From Podarcis pityusensis (taxonomy: Eukaryota), in assembly GCA_964106645.2 (NCBI GenBank), contig OZ067044.1: 64,000 bases of DNA. One strand, given 5' to 3'. Under the pieces are notes generated by a model that saw only the letters and a list, made by a program, of their open reading frames with translations, had not been told where the DNA came from and searched no databases. Both the position numbers and the translations under genes were made by a program. Numbering within the stretch: position 1 is the first letter of the stretch; the number at the start of each line of letters is the position of its first letter. Of this stretch, positions 61,662 to 64,000 are shown one piece after another.

Positions 61662-62676
61662 AATTTGGAATTGTGTTGAACAAATGTAAAAATATCACAC
61701 TACCCCACCTCCTGTTAAAATGTGGGCTGCCATTCTTCAAATCAACTAGCTTCATATGCTTGATCTTATTTATACTTGTTATGGAAAGGTAGACATTTGC
61801 TATATTAGTCTGTATTACCTATTCGGATTCCATCTGTTGACAGCCAGCTAAGCATATGAGCTTCATGGCAAACTTCCATGTGTTCATTAAGTGCTCTTAA
61901 GATAAATTAGGATTAGGATTCAGACTCAGGCCCCTCTTTTTGTTCAGGGAGCCTTCAGATAAATTCACTCCAGGGGGTTCCTCTGTTCCTACTGGCCCAA
62001 GGTGCGAGTACTGAGTAAGAAAATGAAAGTAGATGAACAGAGCTAAATGCCACTTGCAATGTCTAGAGAGGCACTGTTTTGATATACATATTAATAAGTG
62101 GTATGATGGAGGTACACCATTGATTATTTTTCCTGTTTAAAGTGATTATGTCAGCAGGTCAGATTTCTAGGTCATTTTTCTTTGTGTGTGTTTGTTTTAA
62201 AGAGAAAAAGCCAAACAAAGATAGAGAGATTTCCTGATCTGTTTCTTCTACTCCAGCAGCTGTCTAATCCAAAGAAAGAGGGCCAAACGTCTCTCTAACT
62301 CAACAATGGATTTTGAAAATAGAATGTGACCAATATCGTTTACTTAGGTAACCTTTGTTTGTAGAGTTTAAGTTTGTAGGAGCTGGCTATGGATATTTTG
62401 TTTTATTTCTTGGTATTTAAGGAATGCGCTGCTGGTTTATGGCTATACGGAAAACTACTTTATGTTTTAATGTTTCTGAACAGATTTAGTACAATTGTCT
62501 CTTATATACCAACCTGCGCTTACTGTGCTGAAGGTGATGGCATAGGAGGTGGAGGAAAACCTCTTGGATGTAAAATAATATATGGCATTTTTGGTTGTCT
62601 TTATGAAACTGGGTCATTAAATTGCAGTGGCGGCAATTTCTGGCGATTGTCTGATTTTACACTACAAACACCACCA

Positions 62677-63290
62677 TGTCCTGAACCCCTGACCCTACCT
62701 GGTGGCAAGTCAGTATGTCCACTTCCAAGTTCAATAGTCAGGAAACCATATATGCAAAGTCCAAAGCCCAAGAAACTCCAGTCCAGAGGCAAACCCAAAG
62801 CACTGTCCTGTAGAGGCCATGGAGCAGCCAAGCCAAGGTCCATCCACATGGGTAGTTGAGCAGACCCAGCACCTCAGCTCTGCCACCTTTTTATACCTTC
62901 CATGCTGATTGCAGCATCGGGGGTTGATAAGGCATGCGACCCTCACCTTTTCCAAGCCTACTCCAGCTGAGGAATCATACCCCTCCTCCCAGAGCTAGCG
63001 AGCCCCACCTGGCCAGCTAGGGAGTTGGGCTGTGAGTCCTTACTTGCCTCAGCCTCCTAGGGCACCCCTCCTGCTGCTCTCTATGCCACCGTGTTCGTAG
63101 AGACAGGGGCCCCTCTGATCCTTTGCATTGACCCCCATCCCCTCACCATCCTCTGAAATCCTGTGAGTACTTCCTTCCCCATCTCCAGTTTGCCCCAGTG
63201 TGTCCCAGCCCCATCTACGCTCCTCGCCGGGTTCCTCTTCCTCCCCCCCCCCCATCATCCTGCCTGTTCAGGGCATCCCACCCTGGCCAT
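62677..63290 (-). mobile_element. Putative solo LTR remnant
   Basis: GC-rich block beginning TGTCCTGAAC (..GTTCAGGACA on minus), minus-strand TATA-like GTATAAAAAGG (~62886-62896), and purine-rich acidic-reading 5' part as in 55805-56235. Confidence 0.45.
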
Positions 63291-63317
63291 CTTTTCTGTT
63301 GGTGCTGTGCAATACTA

Positions 63318-63559
63318 CAGTGGTACCTCAGGTTACATACACTTCAGGTTACATACGCTTCTGGTTACAGACTCCGCTAACCCAGAAATAGTGCTTCAGG
63401 CTAAGAACTTTGCTTCAGCATGAGAACAGAAATTGTGCTCTGCCAGCGCGGCGGCAGCTGGAGGCTCCATTAGCTAAAGTGGTGCTTCAGGTTAAGAATA
63501 GTTTCAGGTTAAGAACGGACCTCCGGAACGAATTAAGTACTTAACCCGAGGTACCACTG
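63318..63559 (+). mobile_element. Tc1/mariner MITE, 242 bp (same family and orientation as 42003-42244)
   Basis: TA TSD; TIR CAGTGGTACCTC.GGTTA; colinear with the 42003 copy. Confidence 0.95.
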
Positions 63560-63716
63560 TACTTCTGATTTCTTATTTTCATGCCAGTTATGTGCTTGAA
63601 ACTTTCCTTGAGTAGATTATGATGGCTGTGCCTAGTGCTAATGATAAGGGAACTCAGGAGCTTCTTCCAAATTCCTCTAATTCCCAGCACAGGACTGCAT
63701 GTGAAGGAGTCATTTG

Positions 63717-63980
63717 AAGGGCCAGCCCAAGCCATGGTGCCTGAGGTGGAGCAGCAAATGGTGCCCCCTCTCCCACAAGTCAAGGTGCACAGTATTCAAG
63801 AACAGCCAAGTTATTTAAGCACCTGAGGCAGATGGTCCCACAAGCATCTCTCACCCTTTGTGGCAGTGAAAATACTGGAACCATAAACTGAATAATTAAC
63901 AATTTGCTGCCCTTTCATGACACCCAAAATCAGCTGCCTGAAGCAGCTACTTCACTCTGCCTAATGACAGGGCCGTCCTG
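63717..63980. mobile_element. hAT (Tip100-like) MITE
   Basis: Ends AGGGCCAGCCC / GGGCCGTCCTG; near-perfect 8-bp TSD GTCATTTG / GTCTTTTG; internal repeated CCTGAGG/CCTGAAG motif. Confidence 0.75.
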
Positions 63981-64000
63981 GTCTTTTGTCAGGCCTTTTA

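Noticed and set aside
1-64000. Assigning a host gene symbol or a known miRNA/snoRNA
   Set aside because: No coding exon or mature RNA sequence was recognised; the EXOC6B/CYP26B1 idea is only a hypothesis needing BLAST.

Overview
Eukaryotic, non-coding-dominated vertebrate DNA, almost certainly from a squamate and most likely a lacertid lizard. The basis is seven Sauria/Squam1 SINE copies of three visible subfamilies, a near-intact Squam3-type SINE and a Squam2-like SINE remnant. I recognise no protein-coding exon. The ORF track is explained by chance ORFs, microsatellites and decayed L2/CR1 LINE ORF2 fragments. The window reads like the interior of one very long intron, probably transcribed on the + strand: most LINE remnants are antisense to +, and the best splice/polyA signals are on +. 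It also holds many DNA-transposon MITEs (Tc1/mariner with TA TSDs, hAT with 8-bp TSDs, palindromic MITEs), two to three LTR-like remnants and a 172-N assembly gap (29786-29957). The repeat-poor stretches retain CpGs and are dense in developmental transcription-factor motifs, so they look like conserved enhancers. Most notable: (i) two candidate cryptic/alternative exons at 40736-40858 and 41147-~41320, the latter starting with TAA and followed by AATAAA; (ii) four perfect RGKTCA direct repeats at canonical nuclear-receptor spacings (DR4, DR5, DR4, DR2); (iii) a twin PBX-MEIS decamer element near 1.9 kb; (iv) a hairpin-rich element at 29.5-29.8 kb; (v) nested, subfamily-matched inverted Sauria SINE pairs. 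I found no convincing evidence of a wholly new biological system. The host gene is not identified. Coordinates of old repeats are approximate, and family names come from recalled consensus sequences, not a database search.
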